Below, one piece after another: positions 39,401 through 53,495 of a DNA stretch of 64,000 nt. How positions within the stretch are numbered: the first letter of the stretch is position 1; each line of letters begins with the position of its first letter. The stretch is from NCBI GenBank assembly GCA_964057225.1, contig OZ059896.1, forward strand, positions 2,480,001-2,544,000, in the 5' to 3' direction. The stretch is from Auanema rhodensis (Eukaryota > Animalia > Nematoda). The notes beneath the pieces are model-generated. The model worked only from the letters and a program-made list of their open reading frames with translations. It was not told the origin of the DNA and ran no database searches. The translations under genes were made by a program, and so were the position numbers.

Positions 39401-41881
39401 AATTAGCATAAATTAAAGTTCACGTAAATTTCAAACTCATGGTTACCATGCACCAATATCAATAAAATTTTGTTTTTAGACTAATATGGACATGGGGAAT
39501 CTAATTTTGAAAACCGCATCTCTTTATCTTTCACGTGAAGCGAGTCACATACCAAGTGCACATCACGTGTACATTTAATTAGCATAAATTAAAGTTCACG
39601 TAAATTTCAAAGTCATGGTTACCATGCACCAATATCAATAAAAATTTGTTTTTAGACTAATATGGACATGGAGAATCCATTTTTAAAAACCGCATCTCTT
39701 TATCTTCCACGTGAAGCGAGTTACATACCAAGTGCACATCACGTGTACATTTAATTAGCATAAATTAAAGTACACGTAAATTTCAAACTCATGGTTACCA
39801 TGCACCAATATCAATAAAAATTTGTTTTCAAACTAATATGGACATGGGGATTCTAATTTTGAAAACCGCATCTCTTTATCTTTCACGTGAAGCGAGTTAC
39901 ATACCAAGTGCACATCACGTGTACATTTAATTAGCATAAATTAAAGTTCACGTAAATTTCAAACTCATGGTTACCATGCACCAATATCAATAAAAATTTG
40001 TTTTTAGACTAATATGGACATGGAGAATCTAATTTTGAAAACCGCATCTCTTTATCTTTCACGTGAAGCGAGTTACATACCAAGTGCACATCACGTGTAC
40101 ATTTAATTAGCATAAATTAAAGTTCACGTAAATTTCAAAGTCATGGTTACCATGCACCAATATCAATAAAATTTTGTTTTTAGACTAATATGGACATGGG
40201 GAATCTAATTTTGAAAACCGCATCTCTTTATCTTTTACGTGAAGCGAGTTACATACCAAGTGCACATCACGTGTACATTTAATTAGCATAAATTAAAGTT
40301 CACGTAAATTTCAAACTCATGGTTACCATGCACCAATATCAATAAAAATTTGTTTTTAGACTAATATGGACATGGAGAATCTAATTTTAAAAACCGCATC
40401 TCTTTATCTTCCACGTGAAGCGAGTTACATACCAAGTGCACATCACGTGTACATTTAATTAGCATAAATTAAAGTTCACGTAAATTTCAAAGTCATGGTT
40501 ACCATGCACCAATATCAATAAAATTTTGTTTTTAGACTAATATGGACATGGGGAATCTAATTTTGAAAACCGCATCTCTTTATCTTTCACGTGAAGCGAG
40601 TTACATACCAAGTGCACATCACGTGTACATTTAATTAGCATAAATTAAAGTTCACGTAAATTTCAAAGTCATGGTTACCATGCACCAATATCAATAAAAT
40701 TTTGTTTTTAGACTAATATGGACATGGGGAATCTAATTTTGAAAACCGCATCTCTTTATCTTTCACGTGAAGCGAGTTACATACCAAGTGCACATCACGT
40801 GTACATTTAATTAGCATAAATTAAAGTTCACGTAAATTTCAAACTCATGGTTACCATGCACCAATATCAATAAAAATTTGTTTTTAGACTAATATGGACA
40901 TGGAGAATCTAATTTTAAAAACCGCATCTCTTTATCTTTCACGTGAAGCGAGTTACATACCAAGTGCACATCACGTGTACATTTAATTAGCATAAATTAA
41001 AGTTCACGTAAATTTCAAAGTCATGGTTACCATGCACCAATATCAATAAAATTTTGTTTTTAGACTAATATGGACATGGGGAATCTAATTTTGAAAACCG
41101 CATCTCTTTATCTTTCACGTGAAGCGAGTTACATACCAAGTGCACATCACGTGTACATTTAATTAGCATAAATTAAAGTTCACGTAAATTTCAAAGTCAT
41201 GGTTACCATGCACCAATATCAATAAAATTTTGTTTTTAGACTAATATGGACATGGAGAATCCATTTTTGAAAACCGCATCTCTTATCTTCCACGTGAAGC
41301 GAGTTACATACCAAGTGCACATCACGTGTACATTTAATTAGCATAAATTAAAGTTCACGTAATTTTCAAAGTCATGGTTACCATGAACCAATATCAATGA
41401 ATATTTGTTTTTAGACTAATATGGACATGGGGAATCTAATTTTGAAAACCGCATCTATTTATCTTTCACGCGAAGCGAGTTACATACCAAGTGCACATCA
41501 CGTGTACATTTAATTAGCATAAAGTAAAGTTCACGTAAATTTCAAACTCATGGTTACCATGCACCAATATCAATAAAAATTTGTTTTTAGACTAATATGG
41601 ACATGGGGAATCTAATTTTGAAAAACGCATCTCTTTATCTTTCACGTGAAGCGAGTTACATACCAAGTGCACATCACGTGTACATTTAATTAGCATAAAT
41701 TAAAGTTCACGTAAATTTCAAAGTCATGGTTACCATGCACCAATATCAATAAAATTTTGTTTTTAGACTAATATGGACATGGGGAATCTAATTTTGAAAA
41801 CCGCATCTCTTTATCTTTCACGTGAAGCGAGTCACATACCAAGTGCACATCACGTGTACATTTAATTAGCATAAATTAAAG

Positions 41882-44800
41882 TTCACGTAAATTTCAAAGT
41901 CATGGTTACCATGCACCAATATCAATAAAAATTTGTTTTTAGACTAATATGGACATGGAGAATCCATTTTTAAAAACCGCATCTCTTTATCTTCCACGTG
42001 AAGCGAGTTACATACCAAGTGCACATCACGTGTACATTTAATTAGCATAAATTAAAGTTCACGTAAATTTCAAACTCATGGTTACCATGCACCAATATCA
42101 ATAAAAATTTGTTTTCAAACTAATATGGACATGGGGATTCTAATTTTGAAAACCGCATCTCTTTATCTTTCACGTGAAGCGAGTTACATACCAAGTGCAC
42201 ATCACGTGTACATTTAATTAGCATAAATTAAAGTTCACGTAAAATTCAAAGTCATGGTTACCATGCACCAATATCGATAAAATTTTGTTTTTAGACTAAT
42301 ATGGACATGGGGAATCTAATTTTGAAAACCGCATCTTTTTATCTTTCACGTGAAGCGAGTTACATACCAAGTGCACATCACGTGTACATTTAATTAGCAT
42401 AAATTAAAGTTCACGTAAATTTCAAAGTCATGGTTACCATGCACCAATATCAATAAAATTTTGTTTTTAGACTAATATGGACATGGGGAATCTAATTTTG
42501 AAAACCGCATCTCTTTATCTTTCACGTGAAGCGAGTTACATACCAAGTGCACATCACGTGTACATTTAATTAGCATAAATTAAAGTTCACGTAAATTTCA
42601 AACTCATGGTTACCATGCACCAATATCAATAAAAATTTGTTTTTAGACTAATATGGACATGGAGAATCTAATTTTAAAAACCGCATCTCTTTATCTTTCA
42701 CGTGAAGCGAGTTACATACCAAGTGCACATCACGTGTACATTTAATTAGCATAAATTAAAGTTCACGTAAATTTCAAACTCATGGTTACCATGCACCAAT
42801 ATCAATAAAAATTTGTTTTTAGACTAATATGGACATGGAGAATCTATTTTTAAAAACCGCATCTCTTTATCTTTCACGTGAAGCGAGTTACATACCAAGT
42901 GCACATCACGTGTACATTTAATTAGCATAAATTAAAGTTCACGTAAATTTCAAACTCATGGTTACCATGCACCAATATCAATAAAAATTTGTTTTTAGAC
43001 TAATATGGACATGGGGAATCTAATTTTGAAAACCGCATCTCTTATCTTCCACGTGAAGCGAGTTACATACCAAGTGCACATTACGTTTACATTTAATTAG
43101 CATAAATTAAAGTTCACGTAATTTTCAAAGTCATGGTTACCATGAACCAATATCAATGAATATTTGTTTTTAGACTAATATGGACATGGGGAATCTAATT
43201 TTGAAAACCGCATCTATTTATCTTTCACGCGAAGCGAGTTACATACCAAGTGCACATCACGTGTACATTTAATTAGCATAAAGTAAAGTTCACGTAAATT
43301 TCAAACTCATGGTTACCATGCACCAATATCAATAAAAATTTGTTTTTAGACTAATATGGACATGGGGAATCTAATTTTGAAAAACGCATCTCTTTATCTT
43401 TCACGTGAAGCGAGTTACATACCAAGTGCACATCACGTGTACATTTAATTAGCATAAATTAAAGTTCACGTAAATTTCAAAGTCATGGTTACCATGCACC
43501 AATATCAATAAAATTTTGTTTTTAGACTAATATGGACATGGGGAATCTAATTTTGAAAACCGCATCTCTTTATCTTTCACGTGAAGCGAGTTACATACCA
43601 AGTGCACATCACGTGTACATTTAATTAACATAAATTAAAGTTCACGTAAATTTCAAACTCATGGTTACCATGCACCAATATCAATAAAATTTTGTTTTTA
43701 GACTAATATGGACATGGGGAATCTAATTTTGAAAACCGCATCTCTTTATCTTTCACGTGAAGCGAGTTACATACCAAGTGCACATCACGTGTACATTTAA
43801 TTAGCATAAATTAAAGTTCACGTAAATTTCAAAGTCATGGTTACCATGCACCAATATCAATTAAAATTTGTTTTTAGACTAATATGGACATGGAGAATCC
43901 ATTTTTAAAAACCGCATCTCTTTATCTTCCACGTGAAGCGAGTTACATACCAAGTGCACATCACGTGTACATTTAATTAGCATAAATTAAAGTTCACGTA
44001 AATTTCAAACTCATGGTTACCATGCACCAATATCAATAAAAATTTGTTTTCAAACTAATATGGACATGGGGATTATAATTTTGAAAAACGCATCTCTTTA
44101 TCTTTCACGTGAAGCGAGTTACATACCAAGTGCACATCACGTGTACATTTAATTAGCATAAATTAAAGTTCACGTAAATTTCAAAGTCATGGTTACCATG
44201 CACCAATATCAATAAAATTTTGTTTTTAGACTAATATGGACATGGAGAATCCATTTTTAAAAACCGCATCTCTTTATCTTCCACGTGAAGCGAGTTACAT
44301 ACCAAGTGCACATCACGTGTACATTTAATTAGCATAAATTAAAGTTCACGTAAATTTCAAACTCATGGTTACCATGCACCAATATCAATAAAAATTTGTT
44401 TTCAAACTAATATGGACATGGGGATTCTAATTTTGAAAACCGCATCTCTTTATCTTTCACGTGAAGCGAGTTACATACCAAGTGCACATCACGTGTACAT
44501 TTAATTAGCATAAATTAAAGTTCACGTAAAATTCAAAGTCATGGTTACCATGCACCAATATCGATAAAATTTTGTTTTTAGACTAATATGGACATGGGGA
44601 ATCTAATTTTGAAAACCGCATCTTTTTATCTTTCACGTGAAGCGAGTTACATACCAAGTGCACATCACGTGTACATTTAATTAGCATAAATTAAAGTTCA
44701 CGTAAATTTCAAAGTCATGGTTACCATGCACCAATATCAATAAAATTTTGTTTTTAGACTAATATGGACATGGGGAATCTAATTTTGAAAACCGCATCTC

Positions 44801-46455
44801 TTTATCTTTCACGTGAAGCGAGTTACATACCAAGTGCACATCACGTGTACATTTAATTAGCATAAATTAAAGTTCACGTAAATTTCAAACTCATGGTTAC
44901 CATGCACCAATATCAATAAAAATTTGTTTTTAGACTAATATGGACATGGAGAATCTAATTTTAAAAACCGCATCTCTTTATCTTTCACGTGAAGCGAGTT
45001 ACATACCAAGTGCACATCACGTGTACATTTAATTAGCATAAATTAAAGTTCACGTAAATTTCAAACTCATGGTTACCATGCACCAATATCAATAAAAATT
45101 TGTTTTTAGACTAATATGGACATGGAGAATCTATTTTTAAAAACCGCATCTCTTTATCTTTCACGTGAAGCGAGTTACATACCAAGTGCACATCACGTGT
45201 ACATTTAATTAGCATAAATTAAAGTTCACGTAAATTTCAAACTCATGGTTACCATGCACCAATATCAATAAAAATTTGTTTTTAGACTAATATGGACATG
45301 GGGAATCTAATTTTGAAAACCGCATCTCTTATCTTCCACGTGAAGCGAGTTACATACCAAGTGCACATTACGTTTACATTTAATTAGCATAAATTAAAGT
45401 TCACGTAATTTTCAAAGTCATGGTTACCATGAACCAATATCAATGAATATTTGTTTTTAGACTAATATGGACATGGGGAATCTAATTTTGAAAACCGCAT
45501 CTATTTATCTTTCACGCGAAGCGAGTTACATACCAAGTGCACATCACGTGTACATTTAATTAGCATAAAGTAAAGTTCACGTAAATTTCAAACTCATGGT
45601 TACCATGCACCAATATCAATAAAAATTTGTTTTTAGACTAATATGGACATGGGGAATCTAATTTTGAAAAACGCATCTCTTTATCTTTCACGTGAAGCGA
45701 GTTACATACCAAGTGCACATCACGTGTACATTTAATTAGCATAAATTAAAGTTCACGTAAATTTCAAAGTCATGGTTACCATGCACCAATATCAATAAAA
45801 TTTTGTTTTTAGACTAATATGGACATGGGGAATCTAATTTTGAAAACCGCATCTCTTTATCTTTCACGTGAAGCGAGTTACATACCAAGTGCACATCACG
45901 TGTACATTTAATTAACATAAATTAAAGTTCACGTAAATTTCAAACTCATGGTTACCATGCACCAATATCAATAAAATTTTGTTTTTAGACTAATATGGAC
46001 ATGGGGAATCTAATTTTGAAAACCGCATCTCTTTATCTTTCACGTGAAGCGAGTTACATACCAAGTGCACATCACGTGTACATTTAATTAGCATAAATTA
46101 AAGTTCACGTAAATTTCAAAGTCATGGTTACCATGCACCAATATCAATTAAAATTTGTTTTTAGACTAATATGGACATGGAGAATCCATTTTTAAAAACC
46201 GCATCTCTTTATCTTCCACGTGAAGCGAGTTACATACCAAGTGCACATCACGTGTACATTTAATTAGCATAAATTAAAGTTCACGTAAATTTCAAACTCA
46301 TGGTTACCATGCACCAATATCAATAAAAATTTGTTTTCAAACTAATATGGACATGGGGATTATAATTTTGAAAACCGCATCTCTTTATCTTTCACGTGAA
46401 GCGAGTTACATACCAAGTGCACATCACGTGTACATTTAATTAGCATAAATTAAAG
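41882..46455. repeat. Near-perfect tandem 13-mer HOR duplication (2 x 2287 bp)
   Basis: ATATCGATAA at 42271/44558, TTACGTTTAC at 43081/45368, TTAATTAACA at 43621/45908 and the deletion allele at 43033/45320. Confidence 0.92.
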
Positions 46456-48039
46456 TTCACGTAAATTTCAAAGTCATGGTTACCATGAACCAATATCAAT
46501 AAAAATTTGTTTTTAGACTAATATGGACATGGGGAATCTAATTTTGAAAACCGCATCTCTTTATCTTTCAAGTGAAGCGAGTTACATACCAAGTGCACAT
46601 CACGTGTACATTTAATTAGCATAAATTAAAGTTCACGTAAATTTCAAATTCATGGTTACCATGAACCAATATCAATAAAAATTTGTTTTCAAACTAATAT
46701 GGACATGGGGATTCTAATTTTGAAAACCGCATCTCTTTATCTTTCACGTGAAGCGAGTTACATACCTAGTGCACATCACGTGTACATTTAATTAGCATAA
46801 ATTAAAGTTCACGTAAATTTCAAAGTCATGGTTACCATGAACCAATATCAATAAAAATTTGTTTTTAGACTAATTTGGACATGGGGAATCTAATTTTGAA
46901 AACCGCATCTCTTTATCTTTCAAGTGAAGCGAGTTACATACCAAGTGCACATCACGTGTACATTTAATTAGCATAAATTAAAGTTCACGTAAATTTCAAA
47001 GTCATGGTTACCATGAACCAATATCAATAAAAATTTGTTTTTAAACTAATATGGACATGGGGAATCTAATTTTGAAAACCGCATCTCTTTATCTTTCACG
47101 TGAAGCGAGTTACATACCTAGTGCACATCACGTGTACATTTAATTAGCATAAATTAAAGTTCACGTAAATTTCAAAGTCATGGTTACCATGAACCAATAT
47201 CAATAAAAATTTGTTTTTAGACTAATTTGGACATGAAGAATCTAATTTTGAAAACCGCATCTCTTTATCTTTCAAGTGAAGCGAGTTACATACCAAGTGC
47301 ACATCACGTGTACATTTAATTAGCATAAATTAAAGTTCACGTAAATTTCAAAGTCATGGTTACCATGAACCAATATCAATAAAAATTTGTTTTTAAACTA
47401 ATATGGACATGGGGAATCTAATTTTGAAAACCGCATCTCTTCATCTTTCACGTGAAGCGAGTTACATACCTAGTGCACATCACGTGTACATTTAATTAGC
47501 ATAAATTAAAGTTCACGTAAATTTCAAAGTCATGGTTACCATGAACCAATATCAATAAAAATTTGTTTTTAGACTAATAGGGACATGGGGAATCTAATTT
47601 TGAAAACCGCATCTCTTTATCTTTCACGTGAAGCGAGTTACATATAAAGTGCACATCACGTGTACATTTAATTAGCATAAATTAAAGTTCACGTAAATTT
47701 CAAAGTCATGGTTACCATGCACCAATATTAATAAAAATTTGTTTTTAGACTAATATGGACATGGGGAATCTAATTTTGAAAACCGCATCTCTTTATCTTT
47801 CACGTGAAGCGAGTTACATACCAAGTGCACATCACGTGTACATTTAATTAGCATAAATTAAAGTTCACGTAAATTTCAAAGTCATGGTTACCATGCACCA
47901 ATATCGATAAAAATTTGTTTTTAGACTAATATGGACATGGGGAATCTAATTTTGAAAACCGCATCTCTTTATCTTTCACGTGAAGCGAGTTACATACCAA
48001 GTGCACATCACGTGTACATTTAATTAGCATAAATTAAAG

Positions 48040-51031
48040 TTCATGTAAATTTCAAAGTCATGGTTACCATGCACCAATATCAATAAAAGTTTGTTTTTAG
48101 ACTAATATGGACATGGGGAATCTAATTTTGAGAACCGCATCTCTTTATCTTTCACGTGAAGCGAGTTACATATAAAGTGCACATCACGTGTACATTTAAT
48201 TAGCATAAATTAAAGTTCACGTAAGTTTCAAAGTCATGGTTACCATGAACCAATATCAATGAAAATTTGTTTTTAGACTAATATGGACATGGGGAATCTA
48301 ATTTTGAAAACCGCATCTCTTTATCTTTCACGTGAAGCGAGTTACATACCAAGTGCACATCACGTGTACATTTAATTAGCATAAATTAAAGTTCACGTAA
48401 ATTTCAAAGTCATGGTTACCATGAACCAATATCAATAAAAATTTGTTTTTAAACTAATATGGACATGGGGAATCTAATTTTTAAAACCGCATTTCTTTAT
48501 CTTTCAAGTGAAGCGAGTTACATACCAAGTGCACATCACGTGTACATTTAATTAGCATAAATTAAAGTTCACGTAAATTTCAAAGTCATGGTTACCATGA
48601 ACCAATATCAATAAAAATTTGTTTTCAAACTAATATGGACATGGGGATTCTAATTTTGAAAACCGCATCTCTTTATCTTTCACGTGAAGCGAGTTACATA
48701 CCTAGTGCACATCACGTGTACATTTAATTAGCATAAATTAAAGTTCACGTAAATTTCAAAGTCATGGTTACCATGAACCAATATCAATAAAAATTTGTTT
48801 TTAGACTAATTTCGACATGGGGAATCTAATTTTGAAAACCGCATCTCTTTATCTTTCAAGTGAAGCGAGTTACATACCAAGTGCACATCACGTGTACATT
48901 TAATTAGCATAAATTAAAGTTCACGTAAATTTCAAAGTCATGGTTACCATGAACCAATATCAATAAAAATTTGTTTTTAAACTAATATGGACATGGGGAA
49001 TGTAATTTTGAAAACCGCATCTCTTTATCTTTCACGTGAAGCGAGTTACATACCAAGTGCACATCACGTGTACATTTAATTAGCATAAATTAAAGTTCAC
49101 GTAAATTTCAAACTCATGGTTACCATGCACCAATATCAATAAAAATTTGTTTTTAGACTAATATGGACATGGAGAATCTAATTTTGAAAACCGCATCTCT
49201 TTATCTTTCACGTGAAGCGAGTTACATACCAAGTGCACATCACGTGTACATTTAATTAGCATAAATTAAAGTTCACGTAAATTTCAAACTCATGGTTACC
49301 ATGCACCAATATCAATAAAAATTTGTTTTTAGACTAATATGGACATGGAGAATCTATTTTTAAAAACCGCATCTCTTTATCTTTCACGTGAAGCGAGTTA
49401 CATACCAAGTGCACATCACGTGTACATTTAATTAGCATAAATTAAAGTTCACGTAAATTTCAAAGTCATGGTTACCATGAACCAATATCAATAAAAATTT
49501 GTTTTTAGACTAATATGGACATGGGGAATCTAATTTTGAAAACTGCATCTCTTTATCTTTCACGTGAAGCGAGTTACATACCAAGTGCACATCACGTGTA
49601 CATTTAATTAGCATAAATTAAAGTTCATGTAAATTTCAAAGTCATGGTTACCATGCACCAATATCAATAAAAGTTTGTTTTTAGACTAATATGGACATGG
49701 GGAATCTAATTTTGAGAACCGCATCTCTTTATCTTTCACGTGAAGCGAGTTACATATAAAGTGCACATCACGTGTACATTTAATTAGCATAAATTAAAGT
49801 TCACGTAAGTTTCAAAGTCATGGTTACCATGAACCAATATCAATAAAAATTTGTTTTTAGACTAATATGGACATGGGGAATCTAATTTTGAAAACCGCAT
49901 CTCTTTATCTTTCACGTGAAGCGAGTTACATACCAAGTGCACATCACGTGTACATTTAATTAGCATAAATTAAAGTTCACGTAAATTTCAAAGTCATGGT
50001 TACCATGAACCAATATCAATAAAAATTTGTTTTTAAACTAATATGGACATGGGGAATCTAATTTTTAAAACCGCATTTCTTTATCTTTCAAGTGAAGCGA
50101 GTTACATACCAAGTGCACATCACGTGTACATTTAATTAGCATAAATTAAAGTTCACGTAAATTTCAAAGTCATGGTTACCATGAACCAATATCAATAAAA
50201 ATTTGTTTTCAAACTAATATGGACATGGGGATTCTAATTTTGAAAACCGCATCTCTTTATCTTTCACGTGAAGCGAGTTACATACCTAGTGCACATCACG
50301 TGTACATTTAATTAGCATAAATTAAAGTTCACGTAAATTTCAAAGTCATGGTTACCATGAACCAATATCAATAAAAATTTGTTTTTACACTAATTTGGAC
50401 ATGGGGAATCTAATTTTGAAAACCGCATCTCTTTATCTTTCAAGTGAAGCGAGTTACATACCAAGTGCACATCACGTGTACATTTAATTAGCATAAATTA
50501 AAGTTCACGTAAATTTCAAAGTCATGGTTACCATGAACCAATATCAATAAAAATTTGTTTTTAAACTAATATGGACATGGGGAATGTAATTTTGAAAACC
50601 GCATCTCTTTATCTTTCACGTGAAGCGAGTTACATACCAAGTGCACATCACGTGTACATTTAATTAGCATAAATTAAAGTTCACGTAAATTTCAAACTCA
50701 TGGTTACCATGCACCAATATCAATAAAAATTTGTTTTTAGACTAATATGGACATGGAGAATCTAATTTTTAAAACCGCATCTCTTTATCTTTCACGTGAA
50801 GCGAGTTACATACCAAGTGCACATCACGTGTACATTTAATTAGCATAAATTAAAGTTCACGTAAATTTCAAACTCATGGTTACCATGCACCAATATCAAT
50901 AAAAATTTGTTTGTAGACTAATATGGACATGGAGAATCTATTTTTAAAAACCGCATCTCTTTATCTTTCACGTGAAGCGAGTTACATACCAAGTGCACAT
51001 CACGTGTACATTTAATTAGCATAAATTAAAG
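48040..51031. repeat. 9-mer HOR duplication (1584 bp) within a variant domain
   Basis: TCATGTAAAT at 48041/49625 and TGTAATTTTG at 49001/50585. CATATAAAGTG, GTAAGTTTC and CCGCATTTCT variants repeat at the same offset. Confidence 0.9.
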
Positions 51032-53495
51032 TTCACGTAAATTTCAAACTCATGGTTACCATGCACCAATATCAATAAAAATTTGTTTTTAGACTAATAA
51101 GGACATGGAGAATCTAATTTTGAAAACCGCATCTCTTTATCTTTCACGTGAAGCGAGTTACATACCAAGTGCACATCACGTGTACATTTAATTAGCATAA
51201 ATTAAAGTTCACGTAAATTTCAAAGTCATGGTTACCATGCACCAATATCAATAAAATTTTGTTTTTAGACTAATATGGACATGGGGAATCTAATTTTGAA
51301 AACCGCATCTCTTTATCTTTCACGTGAAGCGAGTTACATACCAAGTGCACATCACGTGTACATTTAATTAGCATAAGTTAAAGTTCACGTAAAATTCAAA
51401 GTCATGGTTACCATGCACCAATATCAATAAAATTTTGTTTTTAGACTAATATGGACATGGGGAATCTAATTTTGAAAACCGCATCTCTTTATCTTTCACG
51501 TGAAGCGAGTTACATACCAAGTGCACATCCCGTGTACATTTAATTAGCATAAATTAAAGTTCACGTAAATTTCAAACTCATGGTTACCATGCACCAATAT
51601 CAATAAAAATTTGTTTTTAGACTAATATGGACATGGGGAATCTATATTTGAAAAACGCATCTCTTTATCTTTCACGTGAAGCGAGTTACATACCAAGTGC
51701 ACATCACGTGTACATTTAATTAGCATAAATCAAAGTTCACGTAAATTTCAAAGTCATGGTTACCATGCACCAATATCAATAAAATTTTGTTTTTAGACTA
51801 ATATGGACATGGGGAATCTAATTTTGAAAACCGCATCTCTTTATTTTTCACGTGAAGCGAGTTACATACCAAGTGCACATCACGTGTACATTTAATTAGC
51901 ATAAATTAAAGTTCACGTAAATTTCAAACTCATGGTTACCATGCACCAATATCAATAAAAATTTGTTTTTAGACTAATATGTACATGGAGAATCTAATTT
52001 TAAAAACCGCATCTCTTTATCTTTCACGTGAAGCGAGTTACATACCAAGTGCACATCACGTGTACATTTAATTAGCATAAATTAAAGTTCACGTAAATTT
52101 CAAAGTCATGGTTACCATGCACCAATATCAATAAAATTTTGTTTTTAGACTAATATGGACATGGGGAATCTAATTTTGAAAACCACATCTCTTTATCTTT
52201 CACGTGAAGCGAGTTACATACCAAGTGCACATCACGTGTACATTTAATTAGCATAAATTAAAGTTCACGTAAATTTCAAACTCATGGTTACCATGCACCA
52301 ATATCAATAAAAATTTGTTTTTAGACTAATATGGACATGGAGAATCTAATTTTGAAAACCGCATCTCTTTATCTCTCACGTGAAGCGAGTTACATACCAA
52401 GTGCACATCACGTGTACATTTAATTAGCATAAATTAAAGTTCACGTAAATTTCAAACTCATGGTTACCATGCACCAATATCAATAAAAATTTGTTTTTAG
52501 AGTAATATGGACATGGAGAATCTATTTTTAAAAACCGCATCTCTTTATCTTTCACGTGAAGCGAGTTACATACCAAGTGCACATCACGTGTACATTTAAT
52601 TAGCATAAATTAAAGTTCACGTAAATTTCAAACTCATGGTTACCATGCACCAATATCAATAAAATTTTGTTTTTAGACTAATATGGACATGGGGAATCTA
52701 TATTTGAAAAACGCATCTCTTTATCTTTCACGTGAAGCGAGTTACATACCAAGTGCACATCACGTGTACATTTAATTAGCATAAATTAAAGTTCACGTAA
52801 ATTTCAAACTCATGGTTACCATGCACCAATATCAATAAAAATTTGTTTTTAGACTAATATGGACATGGAGAATCTAATTTTGAAAACCGCATCTCTTTAT
52901 CTTTCACGTGAAGCGAGTTACATACCAAGTGCACATCACGTGTACATTTAATTAGCATAAATTAAAGTTCACGTAAATTTCAAACTCATGGTTACCATGC
53001 ACCAATATCAATAAAAATTTGTTTTTAGACTAATATGGACATGGAGAATCTAATTTTGAAAACCGCATCTCTTTATCTTTCACGTGAAGCGAGTTACATA
53101 CCAAGTGCACATCACGTGTACATTTAATTAGCATAAATTAAAGTTCACGTAAATTTCAAACTCATGGTTACCATGCACCAATATCAATAAAAATTTGTTT
53201 TTAGACTAATATGGACATGGGGAATCTATATTTGAAAAACGCATCTCTTTATCTTTCACGTGAAGCGAGTTACATACCAAGTGCACATCACGTGTACATT
53301 TAATTAGCATAAATCAAAGTTCACGTAAATTTCAAAGTCATGGTTACCATGCACCAATATCAATAAAATTTTGTTTTTAGACTAATATGGACATGGGGAA
53401 TCTAATTATGAAAACCGCATCTCTTTATCTTTCACGTGAAGCGAGTTACATACCAAGTGCACATCACGTGTACATTTAATTAGCATAAATTAAAG

